Translations under genes and position numbers: made by a program
In this document: one piece after another, positions 9,308 through 17,973 of the stretch
Layout: every line of letters starts with the position of its first letter
Position numbering within the stretch: position 1 is the first letter of the stretch
The notes under the pieces: generated by a model
Told to the model about the DNA's origin: nothing
Databases searched by the model: none
What the model saw: the letters and a program-made list of their open reading frames with translations, nothing else
Source of the DNA: an uncultured Candidatus Actinomarina sp.
GTDB taxonomy: Bacteria; Actinomycetota; Acidimicrobiia; Actinomarinales; Actinomarinaceae
Direction of reading: 5' to 3'
DNA length: 64,000 nt
Assembly: GCA_902533795.1 (NCBI GenBank)
Contig: CACAND010000001.1
Location: 10,159 to 74,158 of the forward strand

Positions 9308-9871
9308 ATGGCATTTATAAAATTATTTAATTTTGATGAGGCATCTGGCTTACTGAAAAAAGAATATGAAAAAGGATTACGAAGAGCTGGAAGAATTTGG
9401 AATGTTCTCACTATACAGTCACAGACTCCTCACATTCTGAAGGATTCAATGAATTTATATGGTTCTACAATGTTTGGAGATTCAAATATTTCTCGATTCG
9501 ATAGTGAGTTACTTGCTGTTGTAACATCTATGTCGAATGAGTGTGAATATTGAATAAGAGCACATTTATTTGATCTCCGGTCGGAGACAACAAATCAAAA
9601 GTTAGTTGATGAAATAGCGGAGGATTGGAGTACAAGTTCATTAACAAAAACTCAAATGGCAATGTGTAACTTTGCAAAAAAACTTACAGAAACACCAAGT
9701 AAAGTTAATGAAAATGATATTCAAACATTACGAGATCTGAATTTGACTGACAAAGATATATCTCAAATTGTTCAAATAATTGGTTATTTTAATTATATAA
9801 ACAGGGTTGCAGATGGTTTAGGACTTGAACCTGAAAATTTTATTGATAAAAAAGGGTATAAAACGAAATAA
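9308..9871 (+). CDS. AhpD-like / carboxymuconolactone decarboxylase-family peroxidase-related protein, candidate selenoprotein (UGA 9551..9553 decoded as Sec)
   Basis: Two track ORFs (9308..9553 and 9656..9871) are in the same frame, separated only by TGA at 9551-9553. The continuous translation reads ...VVTSMSNECEY-U-IRAHLFDL..., so the UGA falls at the second Cys of the conserved N-x-C-x-Y-C-x-x-x-H AhpD core motif. The downstream part (NFAKKLTETPSKVNENDIQTLRDLNLTDKDISQIVQIIGYFNYINRVADGLG) matches the C-terminal half of the same family. Confidence 0.55.
9569..9599 (+). promoter_or_regulatory. candidate bacterial SECIS hairpin downstream of the in-frame UGA
   Basis: TTTGAT-CTCC-[GGTC loop]-GGAG-(ACAACAA bulge)-ATCAAA. 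The lower stem TTTGAT/ATCAAA and upper stem CTCC/GGAG enclose an apical loop with GU. The hairpin starts 15 nt after the UGA. Confidence 0.35.
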
Positions 9872-9909
9872 ATATTGTTTGATAGTTTTAAGAGATATAA
9901 CATTAAATT

Positions 9910-10827
9910 ATGAACAGTAATCTGAGATTAGGCGTCTTATTAACAATTTTGATATCGATATCAGCTTTTTCATATTTTATTTTCTTTAGAGATACTGTAA
10001 GTGAACAAGTTGCAATTGAGAATGAAATTCAAACTAGCACGACCATCTCATCAACATCCACAACTTTAAAAACAGAAAATACAACCTCTACCTCTACCTC
10101 TACATCTACATCTACTACTTCAACTACAACTACAACTACAACTATTCCACCAAATCAAACGGTAATATATGCAACTGCTCAAGAGATAAACAATAGTAAA
10201 AAAATATCATATGACTATTTAAAGGGAGGATGTAAGGAAGATTTAATAGGTGATATTGAAGAAGAATGGGTTTTGCCATACGAGTTATTTATTTTCAATG
10301 AAGAAAAGATAAATTTCAGCCTTAAACTTGATTCCTCATTAAGTTTAAATGTTGAATGTTTGGGAAAACTAATCCCTTCAATTTTAAATGATTCAAGAGG
10401 TTGGATTAAAGTTACGGATAAAGAATTTCAACTTGTAGATAATTCTGAAAGCGAATTTGAATTCATATTTGCTTCGCCAGAGAAAACAGATGAGTTATGC
10501 TTCCCGCTTGAAACTAATGGAATTTACTCATGTAGAAATGAAGAACAAATTGTTATTAATTATTTTAGATGGATCAATGGAGCTATTGATTTTGGATCAG
10601 ATATGGAAACGTACAGGCTGTATCTTATAAATCATGAAGTTGGACATATTTTAGGTTGGGGTCATGTTGGCTGTCCAAAGGAAGATGCACTAGCACCAGT
10701 CATGATGCAACAAAGCAAATCAACAATGGGATGTGTTCCATACGGATGGCCAATATATGAAATCATTGAAAAAGAATTTGGGATAGATACATATTCTTTA
10801 CTTCCAGAATCTGAAGAAGATAGTTAA
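9910..10827 (+). CDS. secreted/anchored metzincin-like zinc metalloprotease with Thr/Ser-rich linker
   Basis: N-terminal hydrophobic anchor or signal. Long TSTSTSTSTTSTTTTTTT tract. C-terminal HEVGHILGWGH fits the metzincin HExxHxxGxxH motif (snapalysin-like). Confidence 0.55.
   Translation: MNSNLRLGVLLTILISISAFSYFIFFRDTVSEQVAIENEIQTSTTISSTSTTLKTENTTSTSTSTSTSTTSTTTTTTTIPPNQTVIYATAQEINNSKKISYDYLKGGCKEDLIGDIEEEWVLPYELFIFNEEKINFSLKLDSSLSLNVECLGKLIPSILNDSRGWIKVTDKEFQLVDNSESEFEFIFASPEKTDELCFPLETNGIYSCRNEEQIVINYFRWINGAIDFGSDMETYRLYLINHEVGHILGWGHVGCPKEDALAPVMMQQSKSTMGCVPYGWPIYEIIEKEFGIDTYSLLPESEEDS
10069..10150 (+). repeat. coding microsatellite-like tract (ACC/TCT/ACA/ACT codon repeats) encoding the Thr/Ser linker
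   Basis: acctctacctctacctctacatctacatctactacttcaactacaactacaactacaact: near-perfect 6-nt and 3-nt periodicity inside the CDS at 9910..10827. Confidence 0.5.
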
Positions 10828-10903
10828 TTGGTGCCAGCATCAACTAATTTGTAATTTAATTATCACTACTTTTAGATCTTATAACAAACGTTTTTTTATT
10901 TTT

Positions 10904-11833
10904 TTAGTTATTTATGACGCTACTTAGATCCCCATTCAAAATATCTTTTACATTTTCCGCAGTTTGTTTACCTGCTTTTAGTTGAGCCTCTTTTGTTGAA
11001 GCGCCAAGATGAGGAGTAGTAACAATATTTGAATTTGATAAAAATTCATCAACTATTGGAGGTTCTTTTTCATAAACGTCAAGGGCTCCAAAAATTATTT
11101 TTTTATCATCTACTAATTCAAAAAGACTTTTCTCATCAACAATACCTCCCCGAGATGTGTTCACTATGATTCCACCTTTTTTCATCATATTTAGTGCTTT
11201 AGAATCGATTAAATTTTCTGTTTCTTTAGTTTTATTAACATGAATAGAAATTACATCTGAAGTTTGCATTAAATGTTCTAAATCTACTTTGGTTGCTTCA
11301 TTTTTAGATTCCTCAATATAAGGGTCGTAAAAGACTATTTTCATACCAAAAGCAGAAAGTCTTTTTGCTACCTCATTAGCTGCCTTACCAAAGCCAATAA
11401 GACCCAACTGCTTGTCATAAAGCTCAGTGCCAGTAAATTTTTGTCTGTTCCATTCGCCTGCTTTAAGTGAGTTATTTGATATATGGATATTTCTAGCTGT
11501 AGATATAATTAGTCCAATTGTAAGTTCTGCAACTGAAATGATATTTGCATTTGGAGAATTAGTGACATAAATATTGTTTTTAGAGGCTTGTTCTAAATCA
11601 ATATTATCTACACCAACTCCACATCGAGCAATTACTTTTAATTGTTTGGCAGAGTTTATTAATTCTTTAGTAATTGTTGTGGCACTTCTTATTACAACTA
11701 CTTCTGTGTCTAAAATATTTTTAGATATCTCATCTTCTTTATTTTCATTATCAGAAATGTTTGTTACTTCACCTATTTCACTAAAAATATCTATGACTTC
11801 TTTTTCTAAGCTATCACATATTAAAATTTTCAT
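10904..11833 (-). CDS. serA: D-3-phosphoglycerate dehydrogenase / D-isomer-specific 2-hydroxyacid dehydrogenase
   Basis: 309 aa. NAD-binding GLIGFGKAA motif and a catalytic domain ending in the conserved HLGAST. Confidence 0.7.
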   Translation of the reverse strand: MKILICDSLEKEVIDIFSEIGEVTNISDNENKEDEISKNILDTEVVVIRSATTITKELINSAKQLKVIARCGVGVDNIDLEQASKNNIYVTNSPNANIISVAELTIGLIISTARNIHISNNSLKAGEWNRQKFTGTELYDKQLGLIGFGKAANEVAKRLSAFGMKIVFYDPYIEESKNEATKVDLEHLMQTSDVISIHVNKTKETENLIDSKALNMMKKGGIIVNTSRGGIVDEKSLFELVDDKKIIFGALDVYEKEPPIVDEFLSNSNIVTTPHLGASTKEAQLKAGKQTAENVKDILNGDLSSVINN

Positions 11834-11834
11834 T

Positions 11835-12626
11835 TCACTCTGCTCTGAGCTTTTCCAGGGCTAATTCATGCAACCCCTTTGATGATGAGGCTAAAACATA
11901 CACATTTTTATCACTAAAGTTTAAATGATTTCCTTCCCAATCTGTCATAATTCCACCTGCCCCTTGAACTATCTTAATTAAGGGTAGGTAGTCATGTGGA
12001 GCAGTTAATTTTTCAGCAACAATATCTAAATAACCACTAGCTAATAATCCATAGTTGTAACAATCACTTCCTGTAGTTGTTACCTTTACACTTTCTTCTA
12101 GAGATTGATATGCCCTCCATTTTTCCATACCAAATTCATGACTTGAAGTTGTAGCCATTACAGAATTTTCAAGTTTATCGATTTCTCTACATTTTGTATT
12201 ATTACCATTAACTATCGTTGTGTCAGTATCAAATGACATCCATCTTTCTTGTAAAGCCGGGCAATCAATTACCCCTCCAATTATTTTTTCATTCTTTACT
12301 AATGCAATCAATGTTCCGAAATCAGATTTTCCGGCGACAAAACTTCGGGTTCCATCAATCGGATCAATATACCATGTGTATTCTGATGAATTATCAACTA
12401 TTTCAAACTCCTCACCAATAATGTTGTGGCCTGGAAAGTTTTTTTCGATTTCCCTTCTAATGACTTGTTCAATTTGCTTATCAGCTAGGGTCACTGGACT
12501 TTCATCACCTTTAATTGTCAAATCTCTTATGTCCCTAAAATAAGTAAGAGCAATTTTTCCTGATAATTCTAAAGTTTCATTACAAAAATCAATAAGTGTT
12601 TTCGAATCTAGTTTATTTTGTAACAT
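11835..12626 (-). CDS. inositol monophosphatase family protein (SuhB/HisN-like)
   Basis: 263 aa. WYIDPIDGT and GEE metal-binding motifs of the IMPase family. Confidence 0.75.
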   Translation of the reverse strand: MLQNKLDSKTLIDFCNETLELSGKIALTYFRDIRDLTIKGDESPVTLADKQIEQVIRREIEKNFPGHNIIGEEFEIVDNSSEYTWYIDPIDGTRSFVAGKSDFGTLIALVKNEKIIGGVIDCPALQERWMSFDTDTTIVNGNNTKCREIDKLENSVMATTSSHEFGMEKWRAYQSLEESVKVTTTGSDCYNYGLLASGYLDIVAEKLTAPHDYLPLIKIVQGAGGIMTDWEGNHLNFSDKNVYVLASSSKGLHELALEKLRAE

Positions 12627-12634
12627 TACACTGA

Positions 12635-12895
12635 TTATAAAGAATTAATTTTATTTGTAAGTTCAACATCTGATGGTTCAACCAAAAAGCTTCCATCCTC
12701 AAAGACTATAGTTGGGATTCGTGGATTTTGATTTTGAATTTTTTTTGCTATTTCGAATCCTCTTTTGTCATAATCAATATCAACTTCTGTAAAAGCTATA
12801 CCTAATTTATCAAAAACTTTTTTTGACCTTACACAGTCTCCACACCACTGTGTGGTGTACATGACAATTTTTGGTTGATTATCCATTTGAACCAA
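12635..12895 (-). CDS. glutaredoxin-like small redox protein (CGDC active site)
   Basis: 86 aa. YTTQWCGDCVRSK is a thioredoxin-fold CxxC motif. Its size and context resemble NrdH/mycoredoxin-like proteins. Confidence 0.6.
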   Translation of the reverse strand: MVQMDNQPKIVMYTTQWCGDCVRSKKVFDKLGIAFTEVDIDYDKRGFEIAKKIQNQNPRIPTIVFEDGSFLVEPSDVELTNKINSL

Positions 12896-13139
12896 ATGGA
12901 TCTGTTAAAACTGATAGTAAATCACTTAATTTTCCCAAATTTTCAAATAAGGGTTCGAGTTGATTAAAATTTTCAATAGCTACTTCTATTTCTGGTAATA
13001 CATTTTTCATATCTTCTATTACAACCATCGCAGATGAAACTTGAATAGATAGATCTCCAATTGTATTTTGAACATAAAAAAGAAGAAACCCAAATAATGA
13101 AAGTATTAGAACTTGTAGAACTAATACGATTTTTAACAC
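12879..13139 (-). CDS. small membrane-anchored hypothetical protein
   Basis: 86 aa. Hydrophobic N-terminal segment. Co-oriented between the glutaredoxin-like gene and trxA. Confidence 0.3.
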   Translation of the reverse strand: MLKIVLVLQVLILSLFGFLLFYVQNTIGDLSIQVSSAMVVIEDMKNVLPEIEVAIENFNQLEPLFENLGKLSDLLSVLTDPFGSNG

Positions 13140-13141
13140 TA

Positions 13142-13453
13142 TTAACCTAGTGCGTCAATTTTTTCTTTAATGACTTCTTTTGGTTGAACTCCAACAAATC
13201 TCTCTTTAACTTCACCATCTTTTAAGATCACAACTGTTGGAACCCCCATTACTTGATTTTGTCCCGCAATTTGTGGATGTTGATCAACATCTAGTTTTAC
13301 AAATTCAACACCATCTATCTCATCATTCAATTCTTCTAATATTGGACTCAATACTTTACAAGGTCCACACCAAGTGGCATGAAAATCAATAACCACCGGA
13401 GTTGGGGAGTTAATAATTTCAGCATATTCTTCAGCATTTATTTCTTTTACCAT
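13142..13453 (-). CDS. trxA: thioredoxin
   Basis: 103 aa with the WCGPC active site. Confidence 0.85.
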   Translation of the reverse strand: MVKEINAEEYAEIINSPTPVVIDFHATWCGPCKVLSPILEELNDEIDGVEFVKLDVDQHPQIAGQNQVMGVPTVVILKDGEVKERFVGVQPKEVIKEKIDALG

Positions 13454-13516
13454 TTTTTCCTTTAATTTCTTATAATTCTATAAATTCTAAATTTATAAAA
13501 GTAATTTAAAAATAAA

Positions 13517-13966
13517 TTATTTGTAGTTCCTTATTTCTTTTTTCACCCTTTTTTCTGTCATTTTGCTTCTTTTATCAAAATTTTTCTTACCTTTTGATAA
13601 AGCTATTTCAACTTTGATAAATCCATTTTGTTCAAAAACTTTAGTTGCAATAAGAGTAAGGCCTTTTGTTGAGATTAATCCAATCAACCTTTTTATCTCT
13701 TTTTTATGTAATAACAACTTTCTAGGAGCTTTTGGATCGTAATCTATTAACTCAGCATATTTGTATGGTTCAATATTCATTTCTCTCAAGATTGCTTCTT
13801 CATTTTCAACAATTGCAAATGCGTCAATAATAGATAAAGCCCCATTTCTTATGCTTTTTGTTTCAGCTCCAGTCAAAACGATTCCTGCCTCAAAAAATTC
13901 CATAAATTCATATGAATTTCTTGCTTTTCTGTTCTCTGCAAAAACTTTCATCGATCTAAGAAACAA
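13517..13966 (-). CDS. smpB: SsrA-binding protein
   Basis: 149 aa. N-terminus NRKARNSYEF and overall SmpB signature. Sits downstream of ftsEX and the M23 peptidase, as in actinobacteria. Confidence 0.9.
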   Translation of the reverse strand: MFLRSMKVFAENRKARNSYEFMEFFEAGIVLTGAETKSIRNGALSIIDAFAIVENEEAILREMNIEPYKYAELIDYDPKAPRKLLLHKKEIKRLIGLISTKGLTLIATKVFEQNGFIKVEIALSKGKKNFDKRSKMTEKRVKKEIRNYK

Positions 13967-15324
13967 TAAGGATTCATTCTTCCTCTAGAAGTTGGATCTA
14001 AGTATGGAAGGCTACAACTAACAGAGTTAGGATTTTTTAATCGCACTTCAAAGTGCAAATGGGGTCCTGATGATCTTCCTGTATTACCAACTGTTCCAAT
14101 TACATCACCAGTTATTACTGTTTGTCCAACTGAAGTTCTTATTTCATTCATATGGAAGTAAAGTGTAGTCATACCTCCACCATGATCAATAAAGACAGTT
14201 CTTCCCGCTAGTCCATAATAACGAGCAAGAATGACAACTCCTCCTGCAGCAGCTTTTATAGGGGTGCCTGTTCTCCCAGGAATATCTATTGCTCCATGAA
14301 AACTAGTCACACCTCTGAATCTTCTCCATTTGTAACCACTTGATACGTAACTACCAGTTATTGGCCAAGTTAATTTATTTGGAGCTACTCCACCAAGAGA
14401 ACTTAATCTATTAATATCCTCTTGGATAGCATCTTCAAGCTTTTCTAGATTCGCATGTTCTGCATCTAACTTAGCAAGTTGATTATTTGCTTGAGTAAGA
14501 AGGTTCTGTGCTTTTTTACGTTCTGCCAATACAGCTGCTTTTTTATTTTCAACCTGTCGTTTTTCACTTTCTACCCTATTCTTGCTTTCTTCAACCTCCT
14601 CAGCATATTGCTCAGCTTCAATTGATATCTGATTCTTTTTTTCTTCTTCAACCTGTAAAGAGGCAATGATTTCCTCTCTTTGTTCTTCACGTTCTGATAA
14701 GAATTCAGTTTGTGTTCCCGACAAACTTTCAAAAGAGTTCAAAGATTCAATAATTTCATATGCTGTATTAACAATTGCTGATGCATAACCCAGTGCTGCT
14801 AAAAAATCTGATAAATCATTAAGGCTTATAAATAGAGCAGTTGCAGGGCTCATGACCCCATCTATATACATATCTACCGCTTTAATCTGTAATTCATCTT
14901 TTGCAGAATTCAAATTTTTTTGTGTCTCAAACAATTCATCTTTGACTTTTGCTATTTCATTTTTGGTTGTCCCTAAAGTTACTTGTTCCTTGACAATATT
15001 TTGTTGCACTGAAGCAAGATTATTTAATGATTCATCATATCCAGCTAGTGCTTTTTCTAATGCTGCTTCGGCAGACGCGAGTCTACGTTGAACCTCTGCT
15101 AGTTCATCATTAACTTTCTTAAGTGCTGTGTCATTTGCTAAAATATTCTTTTCTAAATCTGTCTTATCACCCTCATATTGTTTAATTTGATTAGCTATTG
15201 CTATGAGTTGCTTTTCTACTTCTTCTAATCTCTCTTCAGCTGTGATTGCATGAGAGGGATCTACCACGATAGTTTGTAATGTGATTACAAATAATATAAA
15301 AGTTATAAAGATCTTTTTAATCAT
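13948..15324 (-). CDS. M23-family peptidoglycan endopeptidase with N-terminal coiled coil (EnvC/RipC-like, FtsEX-associated)
   Basis: Signal peptide. About 300 aa of heptad-rich coiled coil. C-terminal LytM/M23 domain (HGAIDIPGRTGTPIKAAAGG...GNTGRSSGPHLHFE). Lies immediately downstream of ftsX. Confidence 0.8.
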   Translation of the reverse strand: MIKKIFITFILFVITLQTIVVDPSHAITAEERLEEVEKQLIAIANQIKQYEGDKTDLEKNILANDTALKKVNDELAEVQRRLASAEAALEKALAGYDESLNNLASVQQNIVKEQVTLGTTKNEIAKVKDELFETQKNLNSAKDELQIKAVDMYIDGVMSPATALFISLNDLSDFLAALGYASAIVNTAYEIIESLNSFESLSGTQTEFLSEREEQREEIIASLQVEEEKKNQISIEAEQYAEEVEESKNRVESEKRQVENKKAAVLAERKKAQNLLTQANNQLAKLDAEHANLEKLEDAIQEDINRLSSLGGVAPNKLTWPITGSYVSSGYKWRRFRGVTSFHGAIDIPGRTGTPIKAAAGGVVILARYYGLAGRTVFIDHGGGMTTLYFHMNEIRTSVGQTVITGDVIGTVGNTGRSSGPHLHFEVRLKNPNSVSCSLPYLDPTSRGRMNPYCFLDR

Positions 15325-16192
15325 TTAAAGCTTTTCTAATTCCAACAAAACTCGCAAAGAAACCAAAAAGAATTGTTGATAATAATAAAATTAAAGTCAG
15401 ATTTATTAAATAAGAATCAGAAATAGAGATATCAAAAATACTTTCTGATATAAAAGATGTTTTTGAATATTGTATAAAGCCCCAACCAAGACCTACCGCA
15501 ATACTTGTTCCAATCAAAGACTCAAATATTGCCTCAAATATAAAAGGTAATCTAATGTATGTTGAGGAAGCCCCAATAGTTCTCATAATTTTTATCTCTT
15601 TTTTCTTTGAATATGCAGTCAGTCTTAATGTGTTAATAATTAAAATAAACGCAGCAAATGCGATTAATCCAGCAAAAATAGTTGCTGATAAAACTAATGT
15701 ATTGGTTAAGCTTAAAAGTCTTTCAATGGCCTCACCAGAAGCTCTTATTTCTTTTACAGCTGGATTTCCATCCATTCTCTCAATAATTAATTTATAGTCA
15801 GCAGGATCATTTAAATTTATTCTTAATGAGGTAGGAAGAATTTCAAGGTCTACTTCTTGCAATAGTTCTGGTTGGTCTTTAAACAATGTCTTAAACTCTT
15901 CAGAAGCTTCCGTTTTAGAAAAATACTCTACCATTCTTACTTCAGGATAGGTTTCTAAGGTGTCTTGAAGTTGCTTGTGGGCTGTTGCGGTTACTCTGTC
16001 ATCTAGAAAAATTACAACATGCACTCCGTTTTGCCAACGTGAAGTATTATTTTCAACAATAGCTCTTGCAGAAAGAGTTGTGAAAACAAGAAAAGATGAA
16101 ACCAACACCGCAAGCATTGTTGCAATAACCAATAAAGGGTTTCTTCTCATATTTATGAAAGTATTTTTTAATACATAATTTAATTTTTTCAT
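15317..16192 (-). CDS. ftsX: cell division permease-like protein FtsX
   Basis: 291 aa. One TM segment, a large extracytoplasmic domain, then three TM segments. Adjacent to ftsE. Confidence 0.8.
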   Translation of the reverse strand: MKKLNYVLKNTFINMRRNPLLVIATMLAVLVSSFLVFTTLSARAIVENNTSRWQNGVHVVIFLDDRVTATAHKQLQDTLETYPEVRMVEYFSKTEASEEFKTLFKDQPELLQEVDLEILPTSLRINLNDPADYKLIIERMDGNPAVKEIRASGEAIERLLSLTNTLVLSATIFAGLIAFAAFILIINTLRLTAYSKKKEIKIMRTIGASSTYIRLPFIFEAIFESLIGTSIAVGLGWGFIQYSKTSFISESIFDISISDSYLINLTLILLLSTILFGFFASFVGIRKALND

Positions 16193-16198
16193 GAATAT

Positions 16199-16876
16199 CT
16201 AGATATATCTTCCCTGATCTACATCACTCATTAATTTTCCATCTTTTAATTGCAAAACTCTTTTTTTTCTTCTATTTACAATCGAAGAATCATGAGTAGC
16301 CATTAGTACGGTTGTTCCAGCCCTATTTATTTTTTCTAACAGAGTAAGTATTTGAATGCTTAAATCTGGGTCTAAATTACCTGTAGGTTCATCACATAAA
16401 AGTAACAAGGGATTTGAAGCTAAAGCTCTAGCTATGCAAGCTCTTGTTTGTTCTCCGCCTGAAAGCTGACTAGGAAATTTGTACATACTTTCTTGTAAAT
16501 CTACAAGATCAATAAGGGTGCTTGCTTTTTCATCAATTTCTTTTTCATCAAATCCGAGTACTTCAAGAGCAAAACAAACATTTTCAAAAGTTGTTCTGTC
16601 TTCTAATAATTGTGGTTCTTGCGTAACAATTCCTAATTTTCTTCTTAATAAAGGTATTTTCCATTTTGGTAAAGTTGTTACATCCATTTCAACAACTTCA
16701 ATTTCTCCTTTTGTGGCTAAGTAATCTTTGTATAAAAGCTTAAGTAAAGATGATTTTCCACTTCCAGAATGACCAATCAAATAAACAAATTCTCCTTCTG
16801 AAATTTCAGTTGAAACATTTGAAAGCGCAACACTTCCACCTTCAAAAACTAACGAAACATTGTCTAATTTAATCAT
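16199..16876 (-). CDS. ftsE: cell division ATP-binding protein FtsE
   Basis: 225 aa. Walker A GHSGSGKSS, signature LSGGEQTR and Walker B LLLCDEPTGNLD. Confidence 0.9.
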   Translation of the reverse strand: MIKLDNVSLVFEGGSVALSNVSTEISEGEFVYLIGHSGSGKSSLLKLLYKDYLATKGEIEVVEMDVTTLPKWKIPLLRRKLGIVTQEPQLLEDRTTFENVCFALEVLGFDEKEIDEKASTLIDLVDLQESMYKFPSQLSGGEQTRACIARALASNPLLLLCDEPTGNLDPDLSIQILTLLEKINRAGTTVLMATHDSSIVNRRKKRVLQLKDGKLMSDVDQGRYI

Positions 16877-17973
16877 TTAATCCCTGTCTACGCCATTTTA
16901 GATACTCATTAATAAATATGTTAATATCTCCATCTAAAACTGATTGAATGTTTCCAACTTCAATGTTTGTTCTTGAATCTTTCACTTGTTGGTAAGGTTG
17001 CATTACATAAGACCTAATTTGTCTGCCCCATCCTGCTTCAACTTGTTCACCTCTAATTGAATCAAGTTTTTTCATTTTTTCTTCTCTCTCTAGAATTATA
17101 AGTTTTGATTTTAAAAGACTCAATGCTCTTACTTTATTTTGTAATTGTGATCTCTCTGCCTGACAAGCAACAACAATTCCAGATGGAATATGAGTTACTC
17201 TTACAGCAGAGTCAGTTGTATTGACATGTTGACCTCCAGCGCCGGATGATCTGTAAACATCGATTCTTATGTCATCATCATTAAGGTCTAGATCTTCGGA
17301 GTCTTCAATTAAAGGGATCACATCTACACCAGCAAAACTAGTATGTCTTCTTTTGTTGCTGTCAAAAGGACTAATTCTAACTAAACGATGTACTCCCCTT
17401 TCACTTTCTAAATTTGCATAGGCTCTAAAATTTTCTACTCTTATCGAGGCTGATTTAATTCCAGCCTCTTCACCTGATGAAATTTCTTCGATTTCATAAC
17501 TCATTTTTTTATCATCTAAATATCTTGTATACATCCTAAGTAGCATTTCAGCCCAATCATGGGCATCAACACCGCCAGCACCTGCATTAACAGTTAATAC
17601 AGCTGAATGATCATCAAACTCACTTGAATACAAAGATTCCTCTTCTAAATCAATAATTTTTTGTTCAACTTCATCAAATTGAGGTTTTATTTCTTCTAAT
17701 TCAGATAGATTGTCTTTGCTCAATACAGTCAATTCTTCAAGGTCTTTAATTTCGCTATCTAAAATATTTAATAGATTTATTACTTTTTCTAGGTTTGAGG
17801 CACTTTTAACAATATTTTGAGCATTAGGATTTTCCGACCAGAAATTTTCTTTAGAGATTATTTTATTAAGATTTTGAAGATCTTCTTTTTTATTGTCAAA
17901 GTCAAAGATACTCCTTGGCAGAAGAAAGTCTTTTTTGAAATAATGCTAATTTATTTGTGAGCTCTTTGAACAT
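16869..17973 (-). CDS. prfB: peptide chain release factor 2, expressed via programmed +1 ribosomal frameshift: join(17973..17905, 17903..16869) on the minus strand
   Basis: The track ORF (287 aa) holds the RF2 GGQ (SGAGGQHVNTTDSAVR) and SPF (ISPFD) motifs but lacks the N-terminus. Upstream in the -1 frame lies ATG (17973) MFKELTNKLALFQKRLSSAKEYL, ending at CTT TGA C preceded by AAGGAG. The reconstructed protein is about 367 aa. Confidence 0.85.
17901..17916 (-). promoter_or_regulatory. prfB autoregulatory +1 frameshift site (SD-like AAGGAG, spacer TAT, CTT TGA C)
   Basis: Minus-strand sequence AAGGAGTATCTTTGAC. It matches the canonical RF2 recoding site exactly: an internal Shine-Dalgarno 3 nt upstream of the CUU-UGA-C slippery/stop context. 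Confidence 0.85.

Noticed and set aside
9308-9871. Interpreting the two AhpD-like ORFs as a pseudogene broken by a nonsense mutation, or as two separate small genes
   Set aside because: The single stop is TGA, exactly at the conserved second Cys of the CxxC...H active site. The frame is otherwise intact over 187 codons with no other lesions, and a bulged hairpin follows at SECIS-like spacing. This pattern is far more specific than a random nonsense mutation. I cannot fully exclude a pseudogene or a read error without the rest of the genome.
10069-10150. Short tandem repeats that might be taken for a CRISPR or other repeat array
   Set aside because: The periodicity is 3-6 nt and lies inside a CDS, where it encodes a Thr/Ser linker. 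There are no 25-40-nt direct repeats with unique spacers anywhere in the window, and no cas genes.
10828-10903. Intrinsic terminator between the convergent metzincin-like gene and serA
   Set aside because: There is only a tiny self-complementary AAACGTTT followed by T-runs. This is too weak to call as a stem-loop terminator.
16869-17945. prfB as an N-terminally truncated gene or pseudogene (the ORF track shows only 287 aa starting at a TTG)
   Set aside because: The missing N-terminus is present in the -1 frame and joins through the textbook AAGGAG-TAT-CTT-TGA-C programmed frameshift site.
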